Source of the DNA: an uncultured Bacteroidales bacterium
GTDB taxonomy: Bacteria > Bacteroidota > Bacteroidia > Bacteroidales > UBA7960
Assembly: GCA_964463915.1 (NCBI GenBank)
Contig: CAYXEH010000009.1
Coordinates: 1-63,363, forward strand
Length of the DNA stretch: 63,363 nucleotides
Direction of reading: 5' to 3'
Made by a program: the position numbers and the translations under genes. This document shows positions 48,136-58,273 of the stretch, in pieces; the first letter of the stretch is position 1; each line of letters begins with the position of its first letter. Under the pieces are notes generated by a model. It searched no databases, was not told the DNA's origin, and worked only from the letters and a program-made list of their open reading frames with translations.

Positions 48136-49401
48136 TTAGTTTTTATCGATTGATGGCAGAAAAATACTGAAGGTCGTGCCCTTATTCAGGTCGCTTTCCA
48201 CTTCAATGTTCCCTTGATGGGCATTCACCATTTCTTTTACATAATACAGGCCTAAGCCAAATCCCTTGGCATTATGCAGGTTGCCGGTAGGAACCCTGTA
48301 AAATTTGTCAAAAATATGGGGGATGTATTCTTTTTTGATGCCGATGCCATTGTCCCGGAAAGAGATGACAATGCCATTGTTGGTGTTCTTTGTGCCAATG
48401 GTAACATGCACATCGTTGTTTGAATATTTGGACGCATTGCTGATCAAGTTGGTCACGATGTTGTAAAAATGCATTTCATCAACAAATGCCATCGGGTCTG
48501 TTGCATTGTATTGATACGTCAGGGAGATGCGTTTTTCAAACTGCTCGAGGCATAAAGAATTGATGGCTTCATTGATCAGGTCGTGGATATTCTTATAAGA
48601 AAATTTCAGTTTAAATTCTGTTTTTTGAAGCAAAGCCATTTTCAGAATGTACTCCACCTGGGTCTTCATGCGGTTGTTCTCCTCCTGTATAATTCGGGAA
48701 TAATGCCTGACTCTTTCCTCTGCGGCCTTTGGATCAGATTTTAACAACACCTCAGATGCCAGGGATATGGTGGATAAGGGGGTCTTGAATTCATGCGTCA
48801 TGTTATTGATGAAATCATTTTTGATATCTGCGACCTTTTTCTGTTGCATAAAACGAAAAATTACAAAGTAAAGTAACCAACCGACGGAAATCAGTAAAAT
48901 CGCAGACAAGGTCAGCCAAAACCACATTTCCCGGAGAAGAAACTGCTGTTTGTTTGGAAAAAAGACGCCCAGCTGATAGTTCTCCGTTTGCCATGAAGAA
49001 CAATTTTCATGTGGTTTCAGGGAGATGGTGTTGCTGAAAATCCCCCGGTTTACGTTTTCATCATTGACATTGATCAAACTGTATTCGTAATTCTCAAGCA
49101 AGTCGTAGTTGCGAAAGACATTTTCGAGGGTGACTTCCAGGAAGTCGTAATTAATGACATGTTCCAGGTGGCTTACTTCAGGGTCATAATTCTCACATTC
49201 TGTATTGGTACAGCCCCTGTAGGATTCTGTGGAGGATGCCAGGATATCAACCACCTCATTCAGCGCCAGGGTTACCCGATGGTCGTACTGTTCTTCTGAC
49301 AGGTCAAGGGCATTGGATATCCACCGTAACTGTGAGATACCCAGTCCGCTGAGAACAACCGCAGAAAAGACAATAATCAATATGAACTGTTTCTTGCTCA
49401 C
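48136..49401 (-). CDS. Sensor histidine kinase (RprX-like), GTG start
   Basis: Two TMs, FINNMTHEFKTP H-box, NLISNASKY, DNGIG, FDKFYR, GFGLGL. Confidence 0.93.
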   Translation of the reverse strand: MSKKQFILIIVFSAVVLSGLGISQLRWISNALDLSEEQYDHRVTLALNEVVDILASSTESYRGCTNTECENYDPEVSHLEHVINYDFLEVTLENVFRNYDLLENYEYSLINVNDENVNRGIFSNTISLKPHENCSSWQTENYQLGVFFPNKQQFLLREMWFWLTLSAILLISVGWLLYFVIFRFMQQKKVADIKNDFINNMTHEFKTPLSTISLASEVLLKSDPKAAEERVRHYSRIIQEENNRMKTQVEYILKMALLQKTEFKLKFSYKNIHDLINEAINSLCLEQFEKRISLTYQYNATDPMAFVDEMHFYNIVTNLISNASKYSNNDVHVTIGTKNTNNGIVISFRDNGIGIKKEYIPHIFDKFYRVPTGNLHNAKGFGLGLYYVKEMVNAHQGNIEVESDLNKGTTFSIFLPSIDKN

Positions 49402-49419
49402 CGGAATGAATATATGTAA

Positions 49420-49447
49420 ATAACTGTGGTTTAACGAACAATTAACA
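49420..49447 (+). promoter_or_regulatory. Triple 11-bp-period box ATAACT-N5-TTAACG-N5-TTAACA between kinase and M16 genes
   Basis: Last half-site starts 38 nt before TATTTTTG (49480-49487), same geometry as at 30743/30781. Confidence 0.65.
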
Positions 49448-49589
49448 GCCTGCCTGTTGTGCCGTCGCCGAAATCTGCTTATTTTTGATTATCAAAAAGA
49501 TATGATGCATTAAACCGATGCAAAATAAGGAAATTTGCCTTAACATACAAGCTCAGATTTCGTTAAGTTTTTCTTAAATATTCAGCATT

Positions 49590-52511
49590 ATGAGCCACCA
49601 AACAATGAAAAAAAATTTTGTATTTCTTTTTGTTTTTACTTTGCTGCCAGTTATTCTGCCAGCCCAAAGCTCTTACGAATACGAGAGTTTTCCGGACGAT
49701 CCGCTAGATGCCAGGATTTATACCCTGGATAACGGGTTGAAGGTTTATTTGTCTCCGACGGATGCAGAACCCCGTGTTCAGGCTTATGTAGCCGTTCGCG
49801 TGGGCAGCAAGAACGATCCGGCTGAAACTACGGGGCTGGCCCATTATTTTGAGCACCTGATGTTTAAAGGCACATCCACGTTTGGTACCATCGACTGGGA
49901 GAAGGAAGAACCTTTACTTGATGAGATTGAGGATCTGTTTGAGCTTTACCGGGAAGAAACAGATAAAGAAAAGCGGGCTGAAATTTATGCAAAAATTGAC
50001 AGTATTTCCTATGTGGCATCTACCTATGCCATTCCCAATGAATATGTCCGGTTGATGACCTCCATTGGTTCAAACGGAACCAATGCTGCCACATCCAATG
50101 ATTATACTTTTTATGTGGAAAATGTTCCGGCAAACAGGCTGGAGCACTGGGCCAGAATTCAGGGCGAACGATTCAGCGATCCTGTGATCCGCTTGTTTCA
50201 TACAGAACTGGAAACGGTTTATGAAGAATTGAATATGTCACAGACCAATGACCGGCGTATGACTTTCCAGGCCCTGAATGAAGCACTTTATCCAAATCAT
50301 CCCTACGCAAAACAAACCACATTGGGTGAGCCCGAACACCTGAAAAATCCGTCTATAATCAATATCAAACAGTTTTATGAAGATTATTATGTACCCAATA
50401 ACATGGCCGTTATACTTGCGGGTGATTTTGATCCCGATGAGGCCATACAGATCGTGGATAGGTATTTTGGCCATATGGAGCCTTCTCCTGTTCCGGAGTT
50501 TGACTTTCCGGAAGAAACTCCTTTAACTGAACCGGTGGTTAAGGAAGTGGAAGGGCTTGGTTCTGAGTTTTTGCAGCTGGGGTGGCGATTTAATGGTCCG
50601 TCTTCAGAGCAATTGCCCTACCTGGATCTTATGAGTAATATTTTGGGTAACGGACGTGCCGGCCTGGTTGACCAGAATATTAACAAACCAATGAAAGCAG
50701 GGGGTGTTTCAGCCAAGACAACGACACAGGCGGATTATTCCAGGTTGGAAATGTTTGGCCGCCCAAAAGATGGTCAGACCATGGAAGAAGTAAGGGATTT
50801 ATTGCTTGAACAGGTTGAATTGCTTCAAAGTGGTGATTGGCCCGATTGGATGTTGGAAGCTGCTAAAAACAATATTCGCCTTAACCGGGAGAGGCGCCAC
50901 ACCAGGCTGACCAACAGGGCACGTGATATGGCCATGAGTTTTCTGTATGATGTGCCTTATGAACAGACTGTCGATTATCTAAAACGCCTGGAGGAAATAA
51001 CCAAAGAAGAGGTTGTGGAGTTCGCAAGGGAGCATCTTTCTGTAAATGCTTATGCCGTGGTTTATAAACGACAGGTAGAAGAAATGGATGTGGAATTGGT
51101 TGAGAAGCCCGCTATTACTCCCATACATATCAATCGTAATGCACGCTCTGATTTGCTTATTGAAATGCAGGAAGCGGAAGTAACTCCTATTGAGCCGGTA
51201 TTTCTTGATTACGAGCGTGACCTGGTCAGGACATATCTGCCTAACGGTTCAGAATTTCTGTATGTACACGATGATGAGGAACCCAGATTTCACCTGGCTT
51301 TCAGCTGGGAGAAAGGCAGCAACCATGAACCAATGATGGACCATTTCGGGAGGTATTTTAGCCTGGTTGGAGCGGATGATATGGAAGTGGAGGATGTCGG
51401 CAATGCTTTTTATATTCTGGCCAGCAATTTTAGTATCAGGGTGTCGGGGAACGAAACCCGCATTACCCTTCACGGGTTGACAGAAAATTTTGAACAAAGT
51501 CTGGAATTGCTTGATCGTTTTATCTGGAATGTCCATGCCGACGATAAAGCATTGGCCGACCATCTTGCCAGTGAAAAGCGTAGCCGCAGAAACAGACCTA
51601 CCAGTCAACAGTCGATATTGTCAGCTCTTGAAAACTATGCCACATATGGTCCCCATAACCCCACCACACATACCATGACCAATGAAGAGCTGGATGAGAT
51701 CACTGCGCAGGAACTGGTTGATCTGTTACATGGCCTGTTTGACTATGAACACCAGGTTACATATACCGGCCCGCATAATATGCAGGATGTGATTCGAATG
51801 CTGCAGGTGTACCACCGGGCTTCGGATACACTGAAAGACACTCCAGAAAACTTTTATTTTGAACCTCTGGATACAGAGGAGGAAAAAGTATACTTTGCCC
51901 ATTATGATGCTTCCCAGAGCTACCTGCAAACAATTAGCAAAAGCGATGTGTATGACCCGGAACTTGAACCCTTGGTCAATTTATATAACCGGTATTTTTC
52001 TGGAGGGATGAATGCCATTGTGTTCCAGGAAATGCGGGAGAAGCGTGGATTGGCCTACATGGCGCATTCGAACTTTTCCGGATCTTCCAGGAAAAACGGG
52101 CACTATACAAATACCAGCGTAATTGCTACCCAGAATGACAAGATAATAGAAGCCTTTCATGCTTTTAATGAATTATTCAATGACATGCCATTGACTGAGT
52201 CGACGTTTAAACTGGCACAGGATCGTATTGTTTCCAATATCCGCACCGAACGTTTCGGCGGCGGGCTTATAATAATCAGATATTTGAATGACAGGGAAAT
52301 GGGGTCTTCGGTGGACACACGACGGAGGATTTTTGAGGAAACCCCTCATCTGACTCTTGATGATGTGAAATCTTTTAATCATAAATTCATCAGAAACCGC
52401 CCGAAAACTTACATTGTGCTGGGTAACGAGAAGGCTATTGATTTTGAAGCACTTGAAAGGGAATTCGGCGAAGTGATCCGGCTTACTACGGATGATCTTT
52501 TTCCATACTGA
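49590..52511 (+). CDS. M16 (insulinase/pitrilysin-like) zinc peptidase, exported
   Basis: Signal peptide, GLAHYFEHLMFKG (HxxEH), NAATS.D.T, MREKRGLAY; start 49590 or 49605. Confidence 0.93.
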   Translation: MSHQTMKKNFVFLFVFTLLPVILPAQSSYEYESFPDDPLDARIYTLDNGLKVYLSPTDAEPRVQAYVAVRVGSKNDPAETTGLAHYFEHLMFKGTSTFGTIDWEKEEPLLDEIEDLFELYREETDKEKRAEIYAKIDSISYVASTYAIPNEYVRLMTSIGSNGTNAATSNDYTFYVENVPANRLEHWARIQGERFSDPVIRLFHTELETVYEELNMSQTNDRRMTFQALNEALYPNHPYAKQTTLGEPEHLKNPSIINIKQFYEDYYVPNNMAVILAGDFDPDEAIQIVDRYFGHMEPSPVPEFDFPEETPLTEPVVKEVEGLGSEFLQLGWRFNGPSSEQLPYLDLMSNILGNGRAGLVDQNINKPMKAGGVSAKTTTQADYSRLEMFGRPKDGQTMEEVRDLLLEQVELLQSGDWPDWMLEAAKNNIRLNRERRHTRLTNRARDMAMSFLYDVPYEQTVDYLKRLEEITKEEVVEFAREHLSVNAYAVVYKRQVEEMDVELVEKPAITPIHINRNARSDLLIEMQEAEVTPIEPVFLDYERDLVRTYLPNGSEFLYVHDDEEPRFHLAFSWEKGSNHEPMMDHFGRYFSLVGADDMEVEDVGNAFYILASNFSIRVSGNETRITLHGLTENFEQSLELLDRFIWNVHADDKALADHLASEKRSRRNRPTSQQSILSALENYATYGPHNPTTHTMTNEELDEITAQELVDLLHGLFDYEHQVTYTGPHNMQDVIRMLQVYHRASDTLKDTPENFYFEPLDTEEEKVYFAHYDASQSYLQTISKSDVYDPELEPLVNLYNRYFSGGMNAIVFQEMREKRGLAYMAHSNFSGSSRKNGHYTNTSVIATQNDKIIEAFHAFNELFNDMPLTESTFKLAQDRIVSNIRTERFGGGLIIIRYLNDREMGSSVDTRRRIFEETPHLTLDDVKSFNHKFIRNRPKTYIVLGNEKAIDFEALEREFGEVIRLTTDDLFPY

Positions 52512-52533
52512 TCGGTATGGTTGGTTTGAGTGA

Positions 52534-52568
52534 AAGAGGGCTGTCTCATGTTTTGAGACAGCCCTCTT
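52534..52568. terminator. Perfect 15-bp palindrome between convergent M16 and S9 genes
   Basis: aagagggctgtctca / tgagacagccctctt, 5-nt loop. Confidence 0.7.
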
Positions 52569-52624
52569 CCGATTTACGGAGAAAACTCCGCAACCGGATA
52601 GATCCTGGTTCGGATTTTAATGTG

Positions 52625-54982
52625 TTACAATTCTCCGAACGAATATTCTTCAGGAGGTTCAACTCCTTTAAGATGACGGACAAAATAATCCCAGCGTGCC
52701 CGCATCATATAGGCTTCACCATAATAACCATGCCTTCTGTTCGGAAACATGATCATGTCAAAATCCTTATTTGCTTCAATTAGTGCATTCACTACCAGGT
52801 ATGTGCTGTAAGGCGGTACATTGGTGTCCATGGTCCCATGGGTAATCAGCAACTTACCTTGCAGGTTTTCAGCGAGCAGCTGGTTGGCCTGGTTGTCATA
52901 ATTGGTCGTTTTCTCACCTGTTTCTTCATCCTCATTGGTTTCCAGTAAGCCCTGCCATTTTTCAGCCCAGGAGTCAGTATAGTTCCTGTTGTCATGGTTC
53001 CCGGCACCGGAAACCGCCACATGGAAAAAATCAGGATACTCCAGCAACGCCCTGGTGGAGGCAAAGCCACCGCCAGAGTGTCCGAATATCCCGATCCGGT
53101 CTATATCCATGTATGGGTAACGTTCAACCATTTGTTCGATCATGGTGATATGATCCGGCAGTCCATTGTCTCCCATATTGCCGTAATAGGCATCATGAAA
53201 GGCTTTTGAGCGCCCCGGGGTGCCCATGGCATCCACTTCGACGACAATAAATCCAAGCTCAGCCAATGACTGCTTGTCGGAGCGGGACGCACTGAAGGAA
53301 CGGCTGCCCACACTCCCTGTTTGCGGTCCGGGATAGATATAAACCAGTATGGGATAGGAGGCGGACTCATCAAAATTGGTGGGTTTGTACTTGATGCCCC
53401 ATAGATCCGTTACTCCGTCGCGGGCTTTGACCGTGAACTCAATGGGGGGCTGCCATCCGGTTTCTTTTAATTTGGTGATGTCTGTTTCCTCCAGCATCAT
53501 GACTGTGCCACCGTTTTTGTCAAGGATGTGGGTGATGGGCGGGGTATCCGGGGTAGACCAGGCGTCGGTGAAATATTCACCGGAATCAGACAGGCTGATG
53601 CTATGATTGGCTTTCTCCGGGGTAAGCAGCGTCAGATTTTCTCCGCTCATGTCGATCCGGTAGAAGTATTCATAATAGGGATTGCCTTCTTCGCGGCAGG
53701 AGCCGGTGAAATAGACCTTCCTGTCATTGATGTCGATATGATGTACCGTCATGACATTCCAGTCGCCGCTGGTTATCTGGTGATTCAATTCTCCGCTTTG
53801 CAGGTCATAAAGGTACAGATGCCCCCAGTTGTCACGCTGAGAAAACCAAACTACTTCATCTGTTTCAGGAAACACATGCCAGTTGGAGATCATGTTATGG
53901 CCTGATTCGAAAAAAGTCTCAGTTTCCTCACGGAGTACATCACGCACCTCTCCATTGTCCGGATCAGCGATTCTGAGTTGTGCCACCTTGAAATCCCGGG
54001 ATACAGAAACAAATGAAAGGTAATTGCTATCCTGGCTCCACTTTACATCCAACAGATCGCCCGCCCTGTCAGCAATATGGTCAGTCAGGGTGGACCGTTG
54101 CATGTCCGGGTCCATTTGCAACCTGACCAGGTCGGGTTCATTTCCCAGGTTTATAACCACCCGTTCAATTCTAAATATCAGGCTGTCGCCGGGAAGGGGG
54201 TATTTCCATTTATGCAATGAGCCGTGGCCCACTTCGGTAGTTGCCATGAACATTTCCCTTACGCCGCGTGCATCATGTTGAAATGTGGCGATTCGGCGTG
54301 AGTCGGGTGACCATTTGACAACCGGTTTGTTGCGTCTGGACCATCCGGCATTGTTGGTTCCGTAGCCATAGTCCTCCTCACCGTCAAAAGTTAGTTGGGT
54401 ATGGGTGCCCGTTTCCAGGTCCCGCAACCAGAGATTGTGGTCTTTGATATAAACTGCTTTTGTGCGATCAGGAGACAAAGATTCGTTGTTCAGGCCTGCT
54501 TCGGTGTCTGCAGGTTTGCTTTCAATGCTGTAATCATCCAGCGAACAGGTGTATTCAGTGTTTCTGATATGAAATGTGATGCTATCCATGTCATCCGAAA
54601 AACGGAAGTTTCTGAAAGGGAGGTTCAGCGGTTCCACCTCATCTTCAAGCTCTGAAGAAAGGGCATTGGCCATCCGGAGGTGGTCGAACGCACGCTCTTT
54701 GTTTCCGGTTGCAGGATTGGCCAGAATAAACTCCGTGCCACCTTCTATGGAGTTTCTGTATACCAGTAAGTCACCTTGTTGCCACTGGAATCCGGAGGGG
54801 GCATTGTGCACCAGGGGGGAGGTGTGGGTCGCAAGGAACTTTTCCGCCCGCTGATAGTCTTCTTCAGTTACTTCCTGTGCGAGTAACTCCGGACCCGTCG
54901 CCAGGAAGATGAGGAATGCCGACATGGCCATAACAGCCGCATACAATTTTTTAACGCCATTTTTGTTGATTCTTGTCATCAT
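52625..54982 (-). CDS. S9B dipeptidyl-peptidase IV family protein, exported
   Basis: WSPDS propeller, YPGPQ, GHSGGG nucleophile, HGTMDTNV, RRHG; start moved to MM at 54982/54979 before the signal peptide. Confidence 0.9.
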   Translation of the reverse strand: MMTRINKNGVKKLYAAVMAMSAFLIFLATGPELLAQEVTEEDYQRAEKFLATHTSPLVHNAPSGFQWQQGDLLVYRNSIEGGTEFILANPATGNKERAFDHLRMANALSSELEDEVEPLNLPFRNFRFSDDMDSITFHIRNTEYTCSLDDYSIESKPADTEAGLNNESLSPDRTKAVYIKDHNLWLRDLETGTHTQLTFDGEEDYGYGTNNAGWSRRNKPVVKWSPDSRRIATFQHDARGVREMFMATTEVGHGSLHKWKYPLPGDSLIFRIERVVINLGNEPDLVRLQMDPDMQRSTLTDHIADRAGDLLDVKWSQDSNYLSFVSVSRDFKVAQLRIADPDNGEVRDVLREETETFFESGHNMISNWHVFPETDEVVWFSQRDNWGHLYLYDLQSGELNHQITSGDWNVMTVHHIDINDRKVYFTGSCREEGNPYYEYFYRIDMSGENLTLLTPEKANHSISLSDSGEYFTDAWSTPDTPPITHILDKNGGTVMMLEETDITKLKETGWQPPIEFTVKARDGVTDLWGIKYKPTNFDESASYPILVYIYPGPQTGSVGSRSFSASRSDKQSLAELGFIVVEVDAMGTPGRSKAFHDAYYGNMGDNGLPDHITMIEQMVERYPYMDIDRIGIFGHSGGGFASTRALLEYPDFFHVAVSGAGNHDNRNYTDSWAEKWQGLLETNEDEETGEKTTNYDNQANQLLAENLQGKLLITHGTMDTNVPPYSTYLVVNALIEANKDFDMIMFPNRRHGYYGEAYMMRARWDYFVRHLKGVEPPEEYSFGEL

Positions 54983-55353
54983 TTGTTTAGTTAGTTGTTG
55001 GGTTTTATAAAAAGATATCGATAAATTCGGAATGATAAATTGGCAACTTCCGGCTGTCATCTGTTGATATGGCGATAAAACTACGAAAAAGGGCCAAACT
55101 TACCAAACAGGCATTTTCCCTGATCTGTTTCCGCTGCCATACCTGGTTGCCGGGCAGTACTTGTAATAACGGCTGACCATTCTGTGTTTCTGTGACATTA
55201 TAAACAGGCGGAATGACCCCACCGAGAATCGGGACAGGTACATATCCTGAAAAGCCTCAGGAAACGGGAAGTCTGGTGCAGGATTTTTCATCTGAAATAA
55301 TAAGATTCCGCGGTATATATGAATTAAATCTTCTATATTGTGTTGATTTTCTG

Positions 55354-55361
55354 TAATTTTG
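55354..55361 (+). promoter_or_regulatory. -7 promoter element TAATTTTG for ahcY operon
   Basis: TAnnTTTG match about 60 nt before ahcY ATG. Confidence 0.55.
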
Positions 55362-55422
55362 CGAGTCTTTTTGAGCAAAACAAACACAATAGAACAATAA
55401 AAATACTTAAAACGAATAGATT

Positions 55423-56847
55423 ATGAGTAGCATGGAACGAATTGATGAAAACCTTGCATACAAGGTGAAGGACATTGAGTTGGCTGAATTGGGCCGTAAA
55501 GATATTCGCCTGGCGGAGCATGAAATGCCCGGCCTGATGGAATTAAGAAAGAAATACGGGAAGGAGCAGCCACTGAAAGGAGTAAGAATCACAGGCTCTC
55601 TTCACATGACCACCCAGACCGCTGTGTTGATTGAAACATTGAAAGCCCTTGGTGCCGATGTGCGCTGGGCAAGTTGTAACATTTTTTCTACCCAGGATGA
55701 AGCAGCTGCAGCGATTGCTGTTACCGGCGTTCCCGTGTTTGCCTGGAAAGGGGAGACCCTGGATGAGTATTGGTGGTGCACGGCGCAGGCACTTAGTTTT
55801 CCCGGTGGGAAAGGACCCGAACTTATCGTGGATGACGGTGGAGATGCGACTTTAATGGTGCTGAAGGGACTGCAGGGAGAAAAAGATCCCTCACTGCTTG
55901 ATGCGGAAGCAGAAGCATGGGATGAAATCGCGCTCATAAAACGTTTAAAATTGATCCGGGAACAGGACAAAGACCGGTGGCACCGTGTGGTAAAAGACCT
56001 GAAAGGGGTGTCTGAAGAAACCACTACGGGGGTGCATCGTTTATACCAGCTGGCGAAGGAAGATGCCTTGCCTTTCCCGGCCATCAATGTGAATGATTCG
56101 GTCACCAAATCGAAGTTTGACAACAATTACGGCAACCGTGAATCCCTCATTGATGGGATCAAGCGCGCAACCGATGTGATGATTGCCGGGAAAACAGCTG
56201 TTGTCTGCGGCTTTGGTGGTGTCGGTAAAGGATGCGCCCAGGGTCTGGCTGCGATGGGAGCCAAGGTGGTGATTACGGAAATCGATCCAATCTGCGCCCT
56301 GCAAGCTGCCATGGAAGGGTTTGAAGTGAAAACCATTGAAGAAGTACTTGACCGCGGCGACATATATGTGACAGCCACAGGCAACCGTGACGTAATCACC
56401 GTGGACCATATGCGCAATATGAAAGACAAATCCATTGTCTGCAATATTGGTCATTTTGACAATGAGATCCAGGTAGAGAAACTGGAAATGCAGAAAGATG
56501 TGGAAAAGATTGAGATCAAACCGCAGGTACATGAGTTTGTGTTTGGTGAAGGACATTCCATTATTTTGCTTGCCGAAGGCCGCCTGGTGAACCTGGGCTG
56601 TGCCACCGGACACTCTTCATTTGTCATGAGCAATTCTTTCGCCAACCAGGTGCTGGCCCAGATCGATCTTTGGAAGAACAAGCGTGAGCCCGGGGTGTAT
56701 ATGCTTCCAAAAAAACTGGACGAAGAGGTGGCTCTTGCCCATTTGGATCATTTGGGAGTCAGCCTGACGAAGTTGAATGAGGCACAGTCGAAGTACCTCG
56801 GAATTCCTGTGGAAGGTCCGTATAAATCGCACCATTACAGGTATTAG
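55423..56847 (+). CDS. ahcY: Adenosylhomocysteinase
   Basis: [47 protein letters not shown]. Confidence 0.97.
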   Translation: MSSMERIDENLAYKVKDIELAELGRKDIRLAEHEMPGLMELRKKYGKEQPLKGVRITGSLHMTTQTAVLIETLKALGADVRWASCNIFSTQDEAAAAIAVTGVPVFAWKGETLDEYWWCTAQALSFPGGKGPELIVDDGGDATLMVLKGLQGEKDPSLLDAEAEAWDEIALIKRLKLIREQDKDRWHRVVKDLKGVSEETTTGVHRLYQLAKEDALPFPAINVNDSVTKSKFDNNYGNRESLIDGIKRATDVMIAGKTAVVCGFGGVGKGCAQGLAAMGAKVVITEIDPICALQAAMEGFEVKTIEEVLDRGDIYVTATGNRDVITVDHMRNMKDKSIVCNIGHFDNEIQVEKLEMQKDVEKIEIKPQVHEFVFGEGHSIILLAEGRLVNLGCATGHSSFVMSNSFANQVLAQIDLWKNKREPGVYMLPKKLDEEVALAHLDHLGVSLTKLNEAQSKYLGIPVEGPYKSHHYRY

Positions 56848-56890
56848 TATTTCTGACATTTTTGTAGTACCCTTAAACTCAATATAGATC

Positions 56891-58162
56891 ATGGCTTATT
56901 TTTTTACATCGGAGTCTGTTTCAGAAGGACATCCGGATAAAGTAGCCGACCAGATATCAGACGCCGTGCTTGATGCTTTGCTGAAGAATGATCCCGATGC
57001 GAAATGTGCAGCTGAGACTTTTGTAACCACTGGTTTGTGTCTGGTTGGAGGAGAAATAAAAACCAATACCTATGTGGAGGTTCAGGACCTGGCACGGGAA
57101 GTGATCCGCCGGATCGGATATACAAAGCCTGATTATCGCTTTGATGCTGATTCATGCGGAGTGCTGACCACCATTCATGAACAATCTCCAGACATTAACC
57201 GGGGGGTTGACCGCAAAACTGAAGAAGAACAGGGAGCAGGGGATCAGGGGATGATGTTCGGTTTTGCCACCAATCAGACCGAGAACTACATGCCCCTGGC
57301 GCTGGATATTTCCCATCGTTTGGTGAAAGAGCTGGCTCATATCAGGAAAGCGGGCGGGGAAATGCCTTATCTGCGTCCTGATTCAAAGGCTCAGGTCACG
57401 CTTCAATACGATGACAATGATCAGCCCGTGGCCATTGAAGCCATTGTCGTTTCCACACAGCATGATGAATTTGTGAAACCGATCGGAACTGGCGAGGAAG
57501 CCCAGACAAAAGCGGACAGGGAGATGTTGGGACGCCTGGAAACAGACGTGCAGAACATATTGATCCCCAGGGTAAAAGAAACTTATCCAAGGGAAATTCA
57601 GAAGCTCTTTGACGGGGATTACCGTTTGTTCGTTAATCCTACCGGTAAATTTGTGATTGGAGGCCCGCATGGTGATACCGGCCTGACAGGACGTAAAATT
57701 ATTGTGGATACCTATGGCGGATTCGGACGTCACGGCGGTGGTGCTTTTTCCGGTAAAGATGCCTCAAAGGTAGACCGTTCAGCAGCCTATGCAGCAAGGC
57801 ATATGGCCAAGAACATGGTGGCCGCAGGCATTGCCGATGAGGTGGAGATCCAGCTGGCTTACGCCATTGGTGTGGCAGAGCCGGTGGGAGTGTTTGTGAG
57901 CACAAAAAGACCGAAAATCCAGTTATCAGATGAAGAGATCGGTGTAAAAATCAAAAAATTGTTTGATTTGCGCCCGAGTGCCATCATTCAACGCTTCGGT
58001 CTGAAAAATCCCATTTTCGAGGAAACTGCTGCTTACGGACACATGGGTCGAAAGCCCGGAAAAAAAGTCGTATACCTTAACGGCAGCAGGAAAGAAGTGG
58101 AAACTTTTACCTGGGAAAAGCTCGATTATGTAGATGCCATAAAAAAAGAGTTCAACCTCTGA
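56891..58162 (+). CDS. metK: S-adenosylmethionine synthetase
   Basis: [39 protein letters not shown]. Confidence 0.97.
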   Translation: MAYFFTSESVSEGHPDKVADQISDAVLDALLKNDPDAKCAAETFVTTGLCLVGGEIKTNTYVEVQDLAREVIRRIGYTKPDYRFDADSCGVLTTIHEQSPDINRGVDRKTEEEQGAGDQGMMFGFATNQTENYMPLALDISHRLVKELAHIRKAGGEMPYLRPDSKAQVTLQYDDNDQPVAIEAIVVSTQHDEFVKPIGTGEEAQTKADREMLGRLETDVQNILIPRVKETYPREIQKLFDGDYRLFVNPTGKFVIGGPHGDTGLTGRKIIVDTYGGFGRHGGGAFSGKDASKVDRSAAYAARHMAKNMVAAGIADEVEIQLAYAIGVAEPVGVFVSTKRPKIQLSDEEIGVKIKKLFDLRPSAIIQRFGLKNPIFEETAAYGHMGRKPGKKVVYLNGSRKEVETFTWEKLDYVDAIKKEFNL

Positions 58163-58191
58163 CAGGCCGCTTCCGGTCGTTGAATAGAATT

Positions 58192-58240
58192 CCGCTGCGC
58201 AATGCGTGTACGTGATAATATGGATCGTATTGCGCAGCGG
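58192..58240. other. Intercistronic inverted repeat between metK and kinase
   Basis: ccgctgcgcaatgcg / cgtattgcgcagcgg 15-bp stem (one G-U), 19-nt loop. Confidence 0.6.
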
Positions 58241-58273
58241 GCTGTTTTGTAAATTCAGAATAATGATTTTGTT

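Noticed and set aside
55100-55345. SAM, SAH or cobalamin riboswitch upstream of ahcY (gggaagtctggtgca resembles a B12 element start); also the 95-aa minus ORF 55100-55387
   Set aside because: Downstream conserved riboswitch elements are missing, the likely promoter lies 3' of this region, and the ORF has no credible features.
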